Part shown: piece after piece, positions 1 to 21,235 of the stretch
Position numbering within the stretch: position 1 is the first letter of the stretch
How the letters are laid out: every line of letters starts with the position of its first letter
NCBI GenBank assembly: GCA_964035545.1
Contig: OZ037772.1
Span: 5,874,889 to 5,938,888 of the forward strand
Length of the DNA: 64,000 nt
DNA from: Bugula neritina
Lineage: Eukaryota > Animalia > Bryozoa
Direction: 5' to 3'
Program-made: the position numbers and the translations under genes
The notes under the pieces: generated by a model
What the model saw: only the letters and a program-made list of their open reading frames with translations
Database searches by the model: none
Told to the model about the DNA's origin: nothing

Positions 1-1077
1 GTTTTGAACAACTTTCAAATTTTGAAAAAGCTTCATTCGCAAATACATGCAATCTTCTGATCTATCAAATAAAATACATTAATTTTGATAAATTAATATA
101 GGAGAATCAAACAAATACACGCATAACTAGTAAAGGTGATAATTTGCTAAAATGCAAATCTTTGTGTAAGCAGTTTGCAGAGTGTAGCTATTGTAATGCT
201 GTAATATGTTACTATAGTGCTAAGTTGTTTGCCTCTGTTTATTTCATCACTTGCATGCCCATAGATTATAAGGTCTTAAGTGTACCACTTGCAGCCAGTA
301 GTATCAATAAACTATGTGCAGTTAGTTATCCTGTCTTGTGGAAACATGGTGACTTTCATGTGACTTTCTAGTCTCTATTATATCAGGTGCTATTTTATGA
401 TATGACTTTTTGTATGAACACTACTATAAAAACCTAGATTATATAAATTCAAAAACAAACCTCAAATACTTATATGTTCAATAACTACTGCTACATTGCG
501 ATAAAAAGTAGCGTCAGGGTGAAAAGTGAAGGATAAGAACAAAGAAGGGTAAAGATGGAAGGTGTGGGTATTATAAGATCAATGGGTATGGAGAGAGTAT
601 ACATTTTAAACAGAGAAAGACAGGCAGAGAGAGGAAGAGGATAGGGTATAGACACAGAACATAGAAAGATTCTTTCAGCTTACACTGGCATATATAAAAA
701 TAAAAAGTTGAAGCAGCACAGCTATACGGGTTATTTTACTTAATTTAGTACACACTCAAAATCTCCAGTTTTTAGCTAGTTTTCCCAATTTACCTGCTAA
801 TATGTATATGGTGTTTTGCTGGAAACTAATAGCATATCAATAAATACAACTAACTGGTCCAGGTTCATTTTTAATTTTGCTTAATTTTCTATGAGTTTCC
901 TAATTTTTACCTAATTTGGATTTTCGGACCGTCACCATTTTTTCGTGACAGTCTCGCATATATATAAAGTGCATATATGACAATGACTTTGTTATGCATA
1001 ATTAGAACCAGCACACAAAAATACCACTAACTACTATATTACGTCAACAGTTGCAAAATATATTGTCTTAAATAGTT

Positions 1078-1291
1078 TAACTCATGCAAGTTTGTAGTCG
1101 CTGTCCCTGTGAGAAACCCCTGATGGATGGGGTTTTTGTTAGAATGGGCTAAGGACTTATTCAAATGAGACACAGGAGCAATTATGACTGGATGCTTTTT
1201 CTAACATCACCAATGGCTTTTGTCGGAGTTCGAACTCACGACTTCGTGTTCACAAATCGAACGCTTTAACCCCTAGACCAAGGCTGCTCCC
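1078..1291 (-). mobile_element. tRNA-derived SINE (family 1), full length
   Basis: Minus strand starts GGGAGCAGCCTTGGTCTAGGGG (A-box-like) ... GAGTTCGAACTCC (B box); 14-bp TSD TGTCTTAAATAGTT at 1064-1077 and 1292-1305. Confidence 0.85.
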
Positions 1292-1584
1292 TGTCTTAAA
1301 TAGTTGTACTAGAATATCATAAAATACTGCAGACAATTAAGTGACGAGTGCTACAACTGCAGTGTCCTAGATTCTACATGTCTAAAATTAGTGCAACTTT
1401 TAGTTTGTGCTTGTAACATAGTATCGGATAAAATTAAAACTAAACTTTGTGCATAGTAAAGAAATTTTAATAATTTCAATAATTTCAATAATAGAAAGTT
1501 ACTACAGTCTCAACAATGAATGCATCAGCATGCGTGAAATTTTAATAGCTTGTCCTATTAACGAAATTTAAAGCTGAAAGTAAA

Positions 1585-8470
<6,886 letters not shown>

Positions 8471-8499
8471 GTAAGTTAATTTGTTGTATATTTTATATT

Positions 8500-8760
8500 G
8501 CATAATGCATTACATAATGCATTACATTATGCATTACATTACGCATTACATTTTTTGGTACATTTTAAAAAGCATTATGCATTACATGTGTGCATTACAT
8601 TACACGCTACATGGTATACTGTATATTGCATTATGCATTACATCATCTGCTACATGGTAATATATACATAACATTGTGCATAACATTTTTCATTAAACTA
8701 CAGTTTATTATCCATTACATTACACACATATCGTATTATACATTGCATGCACAGTACATG
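8500..8760. repeat. Degenerate (CATTA)n / (GCATTACATTAT)n repeat
   Basis: Directly visible. Confidence 0.75.
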
Positions 8761-10012
8761 AGAAATTGTATATAAACCCATGCAAGAAATAAAATAGCAC
8801 ACTGCAAGTATGTTTCACACTAAAGGTTTACTTCAATTCAGGAACTAAGTTGTATGTTCAGAATGCATTACAATTCAAATTTTACAAACTATTTATTATA
8901 GCTGTTATGGTCTCCTTACACATGCATAACATTTTCTATTTTTGAAAACATATGAATGAAACAACTGAGCAACAAACTGATACATCTTTTTATTTTAGCA
9001 ATAAAAAAGAGGCTCAAGAAATGGAGAGGCAGCCAGTCATCAAGAGGGAAAAAGATCAGTTCAACAAAATAAATATATAATAGCGCTTTTCTTAGTATAT
9101 TCTTTTGCACTGATGAAATGTAAAATATTTGTTAAATGACCTAAAACTTTAAAACAAATACTGATATTTCTGCTTTAAGTTTTAACTGCCTTTTTTCTTT
9201 TATTTTCATTCAAAATTTATTTGTCAAAAATAATTTTCTACAATATATTTTTATGGTAACACAGCTTTTTTCCAATTGGTTCTGCAATTTTGAAGAGGGA
9301 CTATTTGCAAAATAGATTTGTTGTGTTTCATCAAAAATAATTTAACACTACTAATATATGATAATCAGTTATCAATATGACTAGCCAGCTACAATTTTTG
9401 GCAAAACACAAATTTTCATGTGATCATTGTTTAAATGTTGCAGTGCAGTCAATGCAATGTTGTAATAATTTCCATAATATTTGATTGACTACATATATAG
9501 ATTTTAGTGTTTGCTGGTGTAGTGTATAAATAATGGTGTTAATAAGCCAGTTCCAATGTTTTATGACAATGTTTTCTATTCTATAACGCATGCACTCTTG
9601 TGGTGTTTTTATATAAACTTTAGAAACAACAATACTCCGAGAAGAAATTAGATTAGGTGATCAAGAACTTCAAACACTTGAATTTTTCATAGATCTATAA
9701 CTTCCGTCAAGATTTGTGTATAAAACGTATAAAATGATGGGTCAAACACAAACAAAACAGATAAATTTACCCAGATTATATATGTGTCAAAATGTTGTAG
9801 CTTATTCTATATGCAGCTTTTTTGTAGAGGAGACAAATCCTAATGTTTTTGTGCATGATTATTCTATAGCAAGCTGAATTTAGACTTCAAACATACTAAT
9901 CAGTACTGTGCTTCAGGTTATTGTCTGACAGCAGATGACATAGATATATATTTCATCTATTAAATGTTCAGCAACTAGCCTTGTTTTTTTAATCCATTAA
10001 AAGTAAAAGATT

Positions 10013-10381
<369 letters not shown>

Positions 10382-10843
10382 GAAATATTCAGAATGCAGC
10401 CGAATAACTTATTCTCATTACTATTTTCTTATGATATCAAAGTTATAATTATATATATTGCACATATTCTATAATATAATGGAAGTTATTTTATAGGAAT
10501 ATAATGTTTTGAGGTATTAGATGATAATAATTATTATATTATATATATTAGTCCAAATATTATAAAAACATTAAACTCGATGTTCACAAATAAAAGTAGA
10601 AAGCATCACAAAATAGGTTACAAAATAAAACGATTTTATAAGTCATACGATGTTTGTAAATATATTAACTTTTTGTAAAATAAACAAATGAGAAAAATGC
10701 AATATGTAAAAGATTTGCTTCTACTGAGATTCGAGCCCAAAACTTACGATTTGCAAAAACAGCCTGCTTACCATAAGGTTTACAGAATTTCTAACAATAC
10801 AACAATTTTTTTTCAGACAGCAAAATAGTCACTTCAACTTTCT

Positions 10844-11137
10844 TTATTCAGATTGACAAAACTTAGACTCTTCATATCCTCGAGTAACAAAGACATTTGA
10901 CATGTAATCGAGAGAGCTACAGTTCACACCAAAAATTGTACAGGTACGAGTTGACGAGTCATACAGGAAACCAACACTAAACTCTTCAGAAAGACATGTG
11001 TCAGCACATTGTATCTCATTCTTTACAGCTGACAGCACTGTCATGTGCCCTAGGTGGGTGGTGTTTGCCAACTTGAAGGTTCCTTGAACAGAGTCAATCT
11101 GCTGCAGTGAAAGAGCTAAAAAAACAACAGAAAGCAT
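10844..11137 (-). CDS. Small secreted PAN/Apple-domain protein, or the first exon or remnant of one
   Basis: MLSVVFLALSLQQIDS signal-like start; CADTC...VGFLYDSSTRTCTIF matches the PAN pattern CxxxC...(C)xxFxY...CxL, but the third Cys is Ser. Confidence 0.55.
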   Translation of the reverse strand: MLSVVFLALSLQQIDSVQGTFKLANTTHLGHMTVLSAVKNEIQCADTCLSEEFSVGFLYDSSTRTCTIFGVNCSSLDYMSNVFVTRGYEESKFCQSE

Positions 11138-11752
11138 TAGAAATACAGTGGAACAAATACCTTAAGTTTAACCTTTAAACTGTCAAGCTAGCTCAGTTAT
11201 TGAGTTGCCTGTTGCAGCTGCTAGAATAACATACAATACAACTAGAATAAATTTCATAGGAGTGTTCAAGCCATGTTGTCATTTGTAAGCAATCAGAAAT
11301 CACAAGCTGATTCAGCATACAAAACTTATTATGAATCAAAATACAACTCTACAACAATCTGTATAAATAATAACTCCAATAAATACAGAAATATTTAAAT
11401 ACTGCGATATTTAAATGCAGTATTTAGATGAAGTGTGTCATTGATTCTTTACAAACTTATATTGATTTATGTACAAGCTTGTTTGTTTGCTTATGTTAAA
11501 CACTCAAACAATAACTTCCTTAAATTCTACTTACTTGCTCATTTACCTATTTACACAAATACTTAAATTCTATTCAAATACTATCATTTCACAGGTTCAA
11601 TATTTAATACTTCATTCCCATCATTCACATTATATATTAAAAATGAATTTTTCATTGTCTAATAAAATAGTTAAATCAATTCAAACCACAGACCACAATT
11701 AATCGTATATGAGCATTCGTGCACAGTAATAGAAACGCAGTGATTGATATAT

Positions 11753-12480
11753 TTAGTGTGAGGGTATGTTACATGGTTGCCGTTTGTAGACGGACAATCT
11801 CCCAATTCCTCCGCAGATTTGCTGGCCGTTCCCTGAACACATGGTGTTACACTCGTCATCGCTAACAACACCACCATTTCTCTCTAGCCCATCATTTCCA
11901 CAATAACATTGAATGTATTGTTGCGTTCCAGAGTAAACAAATCCTAGTCATATAATACTTGTTAGTATTTTACATAAAAGTTGGATCATAAAACATGTTG
12001 TTTCAATAAAACTGGGTAGCTACTGATATATTTCTAGATGAAAACCTTAGAGAATATAGAACACATATTATTTAGCATAAATTAGAATTTTAATTTGAAG
12101 TATTCTTTTGCTAAGATCCAGCATAATAGACAAGTATAACTTTAGTATACAGGCAGCTACAGCCTTCTTTTTTATTTTCTATAAGGGTGCTGGTGAAATT
12201 AAAAAATTGTGTGAGTTTTTTACAAAGATGCTGTTAAAAAACACTCACCTTTCTGGTAGCAGAAGAATTGACATTTCTCTGCAGTTAGGAAATAGTCCAC
12301 CATTTCATACTCTCCTAGAGATCGTTGTGCTGAGTCTTGGTAACAACCCACATAGTTATATACTGGAAATTGTCCTATTATCTCTAAATATAATGTGGTG
12401 TGTTTAAAGGAAAATAAACCGACAAATTGCCAAGGAAGAAATGCAAAATAGTGTTAAAAATAGAAAGAAAAGAGAGAGAA

Positions 12481-12529
<49 letters not shown>

Positions 12530-12556
12530 GAGAAAGAGAGAGTGTGTGCGTGTGTG

Positions 12557-12592
<36 letters not shown>

Positions 12593-14430
12593 TACGTGCG
12601 TGCGTGCATGCTTGTGTGCTTGTGTGCGTGTGTGCGTGTGTGCATGTGCGGGTGTGTGCGTGTGTGCTTGTGTGTGTGTGCTTGTGTGCGCGTGTGTGCG
12701 TGTGTGCTTGTGTGTGTGTGTGTGTAGATACAAAGTATAGGAAAATTGATAAGTTTTTCTTTTTAGCTCAAACTGGTATAAAAATTAGAAGTTGAAGTAG
12801 CGAAACCATAAGCATTGTGCGTAACTCTTACATAATTATGCTGCAGTGTCACTTACTCGGATCTAATTCATATACGGAGAGTCTCCATGGTCCACCACAA
12901 ATCTGGTCGGAGTTGGCTCTACATGGAGTGTTGCATTCTCCATCATCCTCAACCTTATCATCAGAATCTGGCCTGCTATTTGCGCAATAGCATTCATCAC
13001 CATTCTGAGCTCCAGATATTAAAAAACCTATGTGATCAACAATTCAATTTTATTTTATTTGCCTATCTGCATGAATCCCATAAACTTAGAACTAATAAAT
13101 TGAATATTATTAGTATAAGCGAGAAATCGTTGAAAGCTAAAAAAAAATTTTCAAAACTGACGTACTGCGTTTAAAAAAATGATGCCCATGCTTTGTTTAT
13201 TTCTGTATCTTAAGTTTGGTATTTCTAAGGCTCTGTTTCACTACTGATATAGAAGCAAGGTTATATTATATGTATAGCAATGTCTAACCTGATTGGTAGC
13301 ATTGAAATTGGCACCATTCCAAGCTATTTAGATTAATGAATTTGTCAAAGGTCAGAATCTTTGGGTTCCTAAAGCATCCAACATATTTGTAGCCTTTCAG
13401 ATTTTCAGCATTGCATCCTGAAAAACATAAATTAACAAGACGTGAAGTAGTGTTGTTCTGTTTTTGTACCCTCAATGTGCACAGCAAGCCCATCAATACT
13501 TAATTGTTTGCTTATTTTCAATTAGCTCAGTTTCATATTTGTTGCAGTAGCTTTTTGGCAGCTTTCCAAAAACCATTGTGTGCCGAAAGCTATTTGTGAA
13601 AGCTTTCGCGATAGCTATTCACTGTCAGTTTTTGTTGGATGAGTCAGTGTAGCTTAATTTTCCTCCTGCTAAAGATGCAGGCAATCTATACTTAATTGTC
13701 AAAATAATTGTTACAGTATGGGTAAAGTACAAGTATGAGTATGAATGTGGGCTCAAGTCTATAAGTCTAACTTAAAAAATATACTGTTGGCAATAGACAA
13801 AAATAGAGTTGTGGCCTGCTTCTGTGTCCTCCATTCATTCACTCTTCATTAAGTGAATCACAATACATAGGCATCCGTGCTGACGCAGCAACAAATATCA
13901 GCTGATACAGTAACCATTATCAGCTGTCACAATATTAGCTCATTTTCATATTAGCTCAGTTTCATATCAGCTCAGTTTTGTTCGAAGGTAGAGGCTATAT
14001 AGAAAAATCTTTAGTTGTGCTTCACGCAAAAGTCTGTTTGCACAATGTGTGTTTTCTTAAATTAACTATTAAATGCTATACTTATATGTAAAAGTAATAT
14101 TAATATTATGTACCATAAGAGACCAGCTGTCAAAAACAAAATATTATCTTATTACTGTATCTTTGATACATTGCAAAGCTAAACTTTATTTCATCTAAAG
14201 TTATTGAACTCTGAATAAAGCAAAAGAAAAGGTCCTGCTGCTCAAACATGCCATTATAGACTCTATAATCTCTAAAAAGAGTTACACTTTCAATCTATTA
14301 TCAATTCAAATTATTACTATATTACAAGGTACCAACTTAAAACAAAGACTTGAAATTACAAAATATAAAATAAATAAAACCAACCTGCATGCAGCATGGC
14401 TAATAGAACTAGAAGACAAGGGAGCTTCAT
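11753..14430 (-). CDS. Secreted protein with two WSC carbohydrate-binding domains (~216 aa)
   Basis: Exons 14430-14385 ([15 protein letters not shown]), 13417-13289 ([10 protein letters not shown]...[13 protein letters not shown]), 13027-12857 ([12 protein letters not shown]...[23 protein letters not shown]), 12362-12249 ([15 protein letters not shown]...TAEKCQFFC), 11943-11753 ([12 protein letters not shown]...[23 protein letters not shown]...stop). All are phase-1 GT-AG with canonical WSC Cys patterns. Confidence 0.88.
12460..12725. repeat. Compound (GA)n/(GCGT)n/(GT)n microsatellite in a WSC gene intron
   Basis: Directly visible. Confidence 0.95.
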
Positions 14431-15256
14431 GACCAGTCTTACAATTGCACAATGTCAGATATGTTCAGCTTCTCATGTCTTCTAGCGCCATGCGGTTAAG
14501 AGCTTCAGCTGTACAATAGATAAAAGCAATCACTGTTTTAGAAATCAATACTTTTAACACAGTTCTGTAAAATTTCAGTATATATATGTTGGCACTTAAA
14601 GGAAGAACATGATGATGTGTATACAGTATTCAAATATTTCTTCCTTCCTGCTAAATGTATAAATAAATGTAGTCAATTTCAATATTTTGTAAGTTCTCGG
14701 TGTCAGTTTATTTGGCGTCTCATGCTTAGCTTTATTTTCAGCTTTAATTTGTGTAGCATAATAGTGTGTGAAAAATTTAAAGTAAGTTTCGTTTTTATAA
14801 CTGGTTTATTGACCAAATATTATATAAGATCATACCACTATGTTTCCAAGCTTCACATTATCCAAATAGATTTTTCAGTAATATTCCAAAGCTGTTGCAT
14901 CGAATGAAACCAACACCACAAGTTCATCTTTTCAAGCATCCAGTTACATAATGGGAAGCAGTGTATGTGTATAACTGAAAAAATTAAAGTTATGTCAATA
15001 ATAGAACAGGGAAGACAATAACTGCATGCTATAATCGCTCAACAAACTAGACAAAAAACAAATTGATGGAGTTCAAATAAAATGATATTAAGCAATTTTA
15101 AGCACAATAACATAACAGAAAATGGCTTTTTAATGTGAATGTGAAAGATTGTAGAAACAGCAAAGCCGTTTTGAAAAGGATCAGGTTTGTTACTGGATTG
15201 GCTTTGACTTATTTTATTGTTTATAGTAACTTTAGGTATATGTTAAACTGTTGAAA

Positions 15257-15489
15257 GAAGAGCAGACGTCGTCTAGGAGTTAGAGCGTTGACTTAGTAAT
15301 CACAAAACCATGGGTTCAAATCCCAGTAAAGGCCATTGGTGATCTGTTAAGAAGAGCATGCAGTCATAATTGCTTCTGTGCTATATATCAATAAATCCTT
15401 AGCCTGATTTATAAAAAAAATCGTTTTTCATCAGGAGTTTCCCACAAAGATAGCGGTTAGATACTCATGTGAGTGACGTGAGTTTTTTG
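15257..15489 (+). mobile_element. SINE family 1 copy
   Basis: GGGTTCAAATCCC B box and shared body; TSD AACTGTTGAAA at 15246-15256 and 15490-15500. Confidence 0.8.
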
Positions 15490-16419
15490 AACTGTTGAAA
15501 TTGATATACAAGTCAGAGAAGCTCTGCTCAGATGACAATGTGTGACTTTTTCAGTCAGCATTACTTGATTAGGGTTATTGCTGGTTAGAAGTAGATATTG
15601 GTACTCCTTAAACTTCATTCAGTGGCACTTTCATTTAGCAAGAGTTTCTCTATTCTGAACATATCTTCTCTCAGGTGGAGGTCAAGGCTAACATAACATG
15701 CTGTGCCAAATAATTTATTGTCTTTTTTAATGGAAATATTCATTTATTGATTCTGCAATGTCTTATATAATTGCCCTATACCCTTCTCTTTAATAGCTAT
15801 AGAAATAAAACACAATGTATAGTATGGGTTTGCATGCTGGTGGCTATAGTAGGATTACTATTTGAGCCAAAAAGTATGAGAAAACTGAGTACAATTTTTT
15901 TTACAACTCATTGTTTAAACTAGAAAACCCCAGCTCCAAACTCCTGCCTACTAAAACACTGGCCCCAAACCATAAACTCCATCAAAGAAGGAGGGAATTA
16001 ATAGTCAACCTTTATAAAAGGGGGAAAGAGTATGAAAAAAATTAGTAACCACTGGCGTAGATTGACATTCGATTCCATGTCGGTTATTAGGATTTATTCA
16101 GAAAAGAGAAAAGTTATTGTACATATAATTTATTTTTATTCCCATTGGAATTGAGAACAAAAAAGTATAGCTTAGTTAACAAGGGATTACTAATATACTT
16201 ATTAAATATTTAGATTCAGTTGGCCATAAATAAATCATTTTAGTCAGAATTATCCATACATAGACATTTTCTTAGTTAAATAATCACTGTTTTTCCCAAA
16301 ACAGAGACAAAGGAAGAGAGAGGTGGAAAGAAAAAAAGTAACAAGGTATAAGCTAGTTATTTTGTAGCTTGTAAAACTTTAAACCTAAATAATTCTCTTT
16401 TTCTTAAATACTTTTATAG

Positions 16420-16664
16420 ATTTCAATGACAGACTGGCTAATGTGAGAGTAACTGTTGGTGAAACGGACACTAACTTTAATGATCCACCAGAAGATGAGA
16501 TCTGTGATTACCTTCCTGGACAACCACCTGCAGATATATTTCTAGTTACATGTCATACTAGAATGTTTGGTAGATATGTGAGAGTAACAGCTGTTGAAGT
16601 GAATGATAGATTGAACATCTACGAGATTGAAATCCATGGATTAAAGTTCAAATCTCTCAATTAA
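16420..16664 (+). pseudogene. Orphan last exon (C-terminal half of the F-type lectin domain) of a third PAN-F-lectin paralog
   Basis: ttttatag acceptor, then NDRLANVRVTVGETDTNFNDPPEDEICDYLPGQPPADIFLVTCHTRMFGRYVRV..., nearly identical to 40295-40539. Upstream, 16100-16230 resembles the 5' flank of copy A (38450-38570) and abuts intron-3-like sequence, so exons 1-3 appear deleted. Confidence 0.7.
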
Positions 16665-16677
16665 TTTTTTCATGCCA

Positions 16678-16900
16678 TTGCAGCATTTGCAATCACAGGT
16701 TTACATGTCACTCAGAGCACCTGCAACCACATGCTCCCGTGTCACTCAGATCACCTGCAACCACATGCTCACATGTCAAACACAGCATTTGCAAGCACAT
16801 GCTCACATGTCACTCACAGCACCTGCAACCACATGCTCACATGTAACTCAGATCTTCTGCAACCACATGCTCACATGTCACTCACATGAATACTTGCATC
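16678..16900 (+). repeat. ~34-bp minisatellite (gcacctgcaaccacatgctcacatgtcactcaca) in the lectin 3' UTR
   Basis: About 6-7 imperfect units; shorter arrays of the same unit follow the stop codons of copies A (~40555-40670) and B (~48730-48835). Confidence 0.8.
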
Positions 16901-19900
16901 ATGCTTTTTGTGTTTCAAGATTATAGGCTGGTGAAGTTTATTAATAATATTGCTACATAAACTAGTTTAGAACCTTTTTTCAGGGCATAATTTCACAGTA
17001 TCTCGTCCTCAGACATAACACTTATGTACCAATACGAGATACATTACATCATAATTAAATGTTGTCTATCGGCAAAAATTTTGCAGTAGCCAATCATAGT
17101 ACTATAACAGGGCAGTCTGAGTGTAGTATCTCGTTTATCAGCATAATTATAATAGCCCGTAGTTGAAGATTGAGTTGGAAGCTTTTCAAATACCTCCCGC
17201 ATATAATAGCATTTATGCTAGTCCTTAAAACTAAATAAACATTATGGTAGACCAATAATCATGAAAGCTCTACTCATTTGTAACTGGAGGATTTGCAGCA
17301 CCACAACACTAAATTTCTTGCATTGGAGGTGCTTAGGCTGTGTTGTCATAGTTATATGTACTTATTGGGGCTTGGTATAAAATTAAACCTGACAATTATA
17401 ACGATTAAAGTATTATTGCTGTGGTTTCAATTGACCAACTTTGGAGTTATTATCTCGATTCTTTGTCAGGAATGGTTAGACAATTTCATGCAATAATGAG
17501 TTTTGGCTTTATATCATTATAAATAATGAGTTTTGGCTTTATATCATTATAAATATCTACATTGATGGCAGCACTGAGCTAGAATTCTAATATCTTTTCA
17601 AGCTCATTGGGTGGCAGCTTATCGGCTAAATTTTATGCAGATATTGAATAATGTGGTTTGATAGTTATGCTATATTGTTAGGTTCACAAGCATCTTTAAA
17701 AAGTTATAATTATTGCGTTGACCATAGGTCAAAAAATTACCTAAAGAGAGGGCAGACAACTCCAAAAGATTGTTTTCGCAGAAGCAAGTAAAATTCAGCT
17801 AAACTGAATACTCCAACTGATCAACATTTTCATCTATTGAAACTGAAGAAAAGTTAAATATTATTATACTATTCTAATCATGAATAGGCACAAGCTAAAA
17901 AGATATTTATTTCAAAAAATATAAAAAGTAAAGTAACACAACAATGTTTGCAAACGCAGACCTAAAAATGTGAATATTCTAGCTTGAAATTAAGTCTGAA
18001 ATTCAGACTTTTCTAGGTTGAATTGACTTTAATTGACTCACCAGAAAAAACAATTAATAAAATTATAAAGACAAGCATATAATGAAAAATGTAGTTCATT
18101 AGCAAAACTGGAGGAAAGCACTTTTTTTTCTAGAAATTGTTCGATTACATAATACATTTTTGTGCAAATGATATTTTTTAATAAAATGAAACTGTTGTAT
18201 TGTTTGGCTAGATGAAGTTTCAAAAGTATTTTTAATATTTTCTCAAATAAAGTAGACATGCACTCCATTTTCACATTTTTTGGCAAAACATATGATTGGG
18301 ATTCAGTAGTCAATCAGTTAAGCTCGACACAAGGAGTTGTCACAACCATCCTAAAGAACAAGACCATCTACAATAACAAACATGGAAAGTACCTAAAATT
18401 ACATTTAAGTTTACAACAGTCCTTAAAATAAATGTTGCCTTCTGCAAATGTTAAATAAGAACATGATGTAATGCTATGTTTACTTAGACTAAATCTTGCT
18501 GACTTACAATGAAATTCATTCATTTCAATTCGAAAATTCCTGTCAATAACTTGACTCTATGCTAACAACTGATTGTAATACCAAAATCACACTGCTACTT
18601 TTAGTTTAGGGAATTCGTTTTCATTATTAGTTCAATATTCAGCAGAGGTTTTTCTTTAATGAACAATCAATAGGCATACATGCAGATGAAAGATTAGGTC
18701 TAGTGAATACTAATTTTGTGCCTAACAAAAGAAAATGAAAGACTGCATGAAAAATTAACAACTCTAAAAACTTGCAATTTGAATGAGGCTCAGGCTTTTA
18801 GGTGAGCAAGAGTAACCAGAAGAGCTACTTTAATGGAAGAAATTACTGACTGATTGTGTAGTTGCAGGCTGCATGATGTGTTTTGATTGTCACAACCACT
18901 TTTGAAAAGGGAAAATCCATTAAATTAAGACTACTGGCAAACAACGGAACGATAAGGAAAAAATACCAAGTAGAAATTTACTTCTCAAAGCAAACTGTAG
19001 TTAATACATTATAGATGCTTAGAAGAAGCAGGCAATAGTGAATGCTATATAGTGTAGATCAGGATTCTATACAATGACAAGTAAACTGAAATTCCAGTGC
19101 ACTTTGAAACTACTTGTAAGAATGGGCTTAGTGCTTTATAGTGCCTTGAAATTTTTTCAAGTCTAATTGGCACCATGCTATTAGAATTCGCAGAGAGATG
19201 ACCCTTTAAACTTTCACTTTAAACTTTAATACCTTCACGATTTTCAGTAAGAAATTCAATTTATCTAGGTCTGAAATTTCGCGGAGTTGCATTGCAAGCC
19301 GCTGGTCAAAATGTTTAGTTTGTGATAACTTAATCAGCTGATTTCAGAATAACAATCATTGGGAATGACATCTTCATGTAGATATAGATATTTATGCTTA
19401 TAATTATATCAGCTGCCTTCATCAATCATCGATACTATGCTGCCAAATCAACTAATTAATTACAGTTGGAAACTTCAAAGGGCATTGAATAGCAATTAAG
19501 CAAGTTATACTTTTAATATTACAAAAAGAACTTATGCATCAATATGATTTAAAATATAGGTGGGCACTCCGCTAGTGATATTAACTAAAACTGGAACTTT
19601 TTTCATGCAGGAAAAGCAAAAACGCATCTCAACAGAAACCTAAAAATTTCCAGCACACTTTATGCTTTGACAACACGCACACAATAACTTCGTTTATGGT
19701 ACAAACCTTTTTGTTGATTGTTTTCCAACATTTTCACTAGAGCAAAGCCGAAAGAAATTTGGAAACTGCATTATGATGCCAGCCACCGTGGCATCATCTT
19801 CTCTGGAAAATTATTGACAAATCATCACCCAAAAACTTCAGCAAAGCCTCCATCAATAGTATGTAATACTTTAGGTGAAACTAAAAAGAAAGAGACAATA

Positions 19901-20927
19901 TTTTCGTGTAATTTAACCCATCAATAAACGCATCAATAGTTAGTGTGGCCACGGTTTAAACCTCATTAATTTCATGCTATTTAAGGCTTTTACAACTTAA
20001 AAGATGTAATTCATCTGCAAGAGAAATGTTAGGTATATGAAATGAGTAGAAGTGCAAAAGCAAGCAGGTATTAAGGAAGGAAGAGTTAGTAGGTGTACTT
20101 TGACTTGCGATAAATCAATGTGATACCAGATGTGAATTTTGAGGTGTGTTTACTCCAATCTCACTGAAAAGGTAGAAATAGCTAAATTTACGAGACACAC
20201 AATATTTTATAAAATACTGCACATTCATTAAAACTTTATAAAACTCTAGTGTGAAGGGTGACTCACACTTTTAAACCGTCGATGAGCTAAGTTGTAAAAG
20301 TTTGATGAGAACCTTTTACTCTATAAATTTATGCAATATAAAATACTCTCCACATATTCAACAGCTACGTGGTTTTGTTGAAGATAAACTTACTCAACAA
20401 ATATACAGAAAAAAGCTATTTGAAAGCCAAATTTCATTAGCATATTATAAGATTATTTGAGTTTCATCTTTATAAACAATGATTTAGTCATTTAACGGAT
20501 AACTAATGATTTCACTTTGTTTTTCATTCAATAAAAACTAAGTGTAGTTGGTATTAAAAACAGCTTTCATTTCTCACTTTTTTTCTCACCCTAATCTGCG
20601 TAGGCAAACAATTGGTTTGTTTCAAACACCACAACAGTAAAGCGTGACAGCATAGCCAGTGGAGAAAACAATCATCTATACTGCTGGATCAGTGGCAACT
20701 TGTGAGTGTGTCAGAGTAGTGTCTTGTTGTGTGACTCTACAAATAAATTATGAATTTGAATATACTACAAAGTTGCAAACATTGTTTTAACAAAACACAG
20801 CATTTATTTGATATTATATGTAAAGCTCAAGTTGGTATAATATATATTAAATAAATTTTAGCTTTCCTTTTGGATACTCTGAAACAAAATAAATAAATAA
20901 ACCAAAATTGGGTAAAGCCATGCAAAC

Positions 20928-21235
20928 TAAAGAGAGAAAGAGAGTGGGAGAAGGGGGGTGGGAGAGAAAGGTTAGGAGAGAGGATGGAAGAGAGATGGGG
21001 TAGAAGAGAGAAAAGGAGAGAGTCAGAGAGATAGTGGAAAAGGGAAGAGAGAAAGGTTAGGAGAGAGAGAAGGTGGGAGAGACGGAGAGTGGGAGAGAGA
21101 GAAGGTGGGAGAGACAGAGAGTGGGAGAGAGGGAGGGTGGGAGAGAGGGAGGGTGGGAGGGAGAGAGGGAGAGAAAGAGAGAGAGGTTGAGTGGAAGGTG
21201 TGGGAGAAAGAGACAGAGAGAGGAGTGAGAGAGCT
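20928..21235. repeat. Polypurine GA/GGGAGA low-complexity tract
   Basis: Directly visible. Confidence 0.9.

Noticed and set aside
1215-1291. tRNA gene
   Set aside because: The A/B boxes belong to a SINE head attached to a repeated body with a TSD; there is no convincing cloverleaf.
12404-12795. HT/CV-repeat ORFs
   Set aside because: Compound microsatellite in an intron.
16678-16900. 34-bp repeats as a CRISPR-like array
   Set aside because: Head-to-tail units with no unique spacers, no cas genes and a eukaryotic context.
17493-17553. Exact 30-bp tandem duplication
   Set aside because: Ordinary slippage event with no functional clue.
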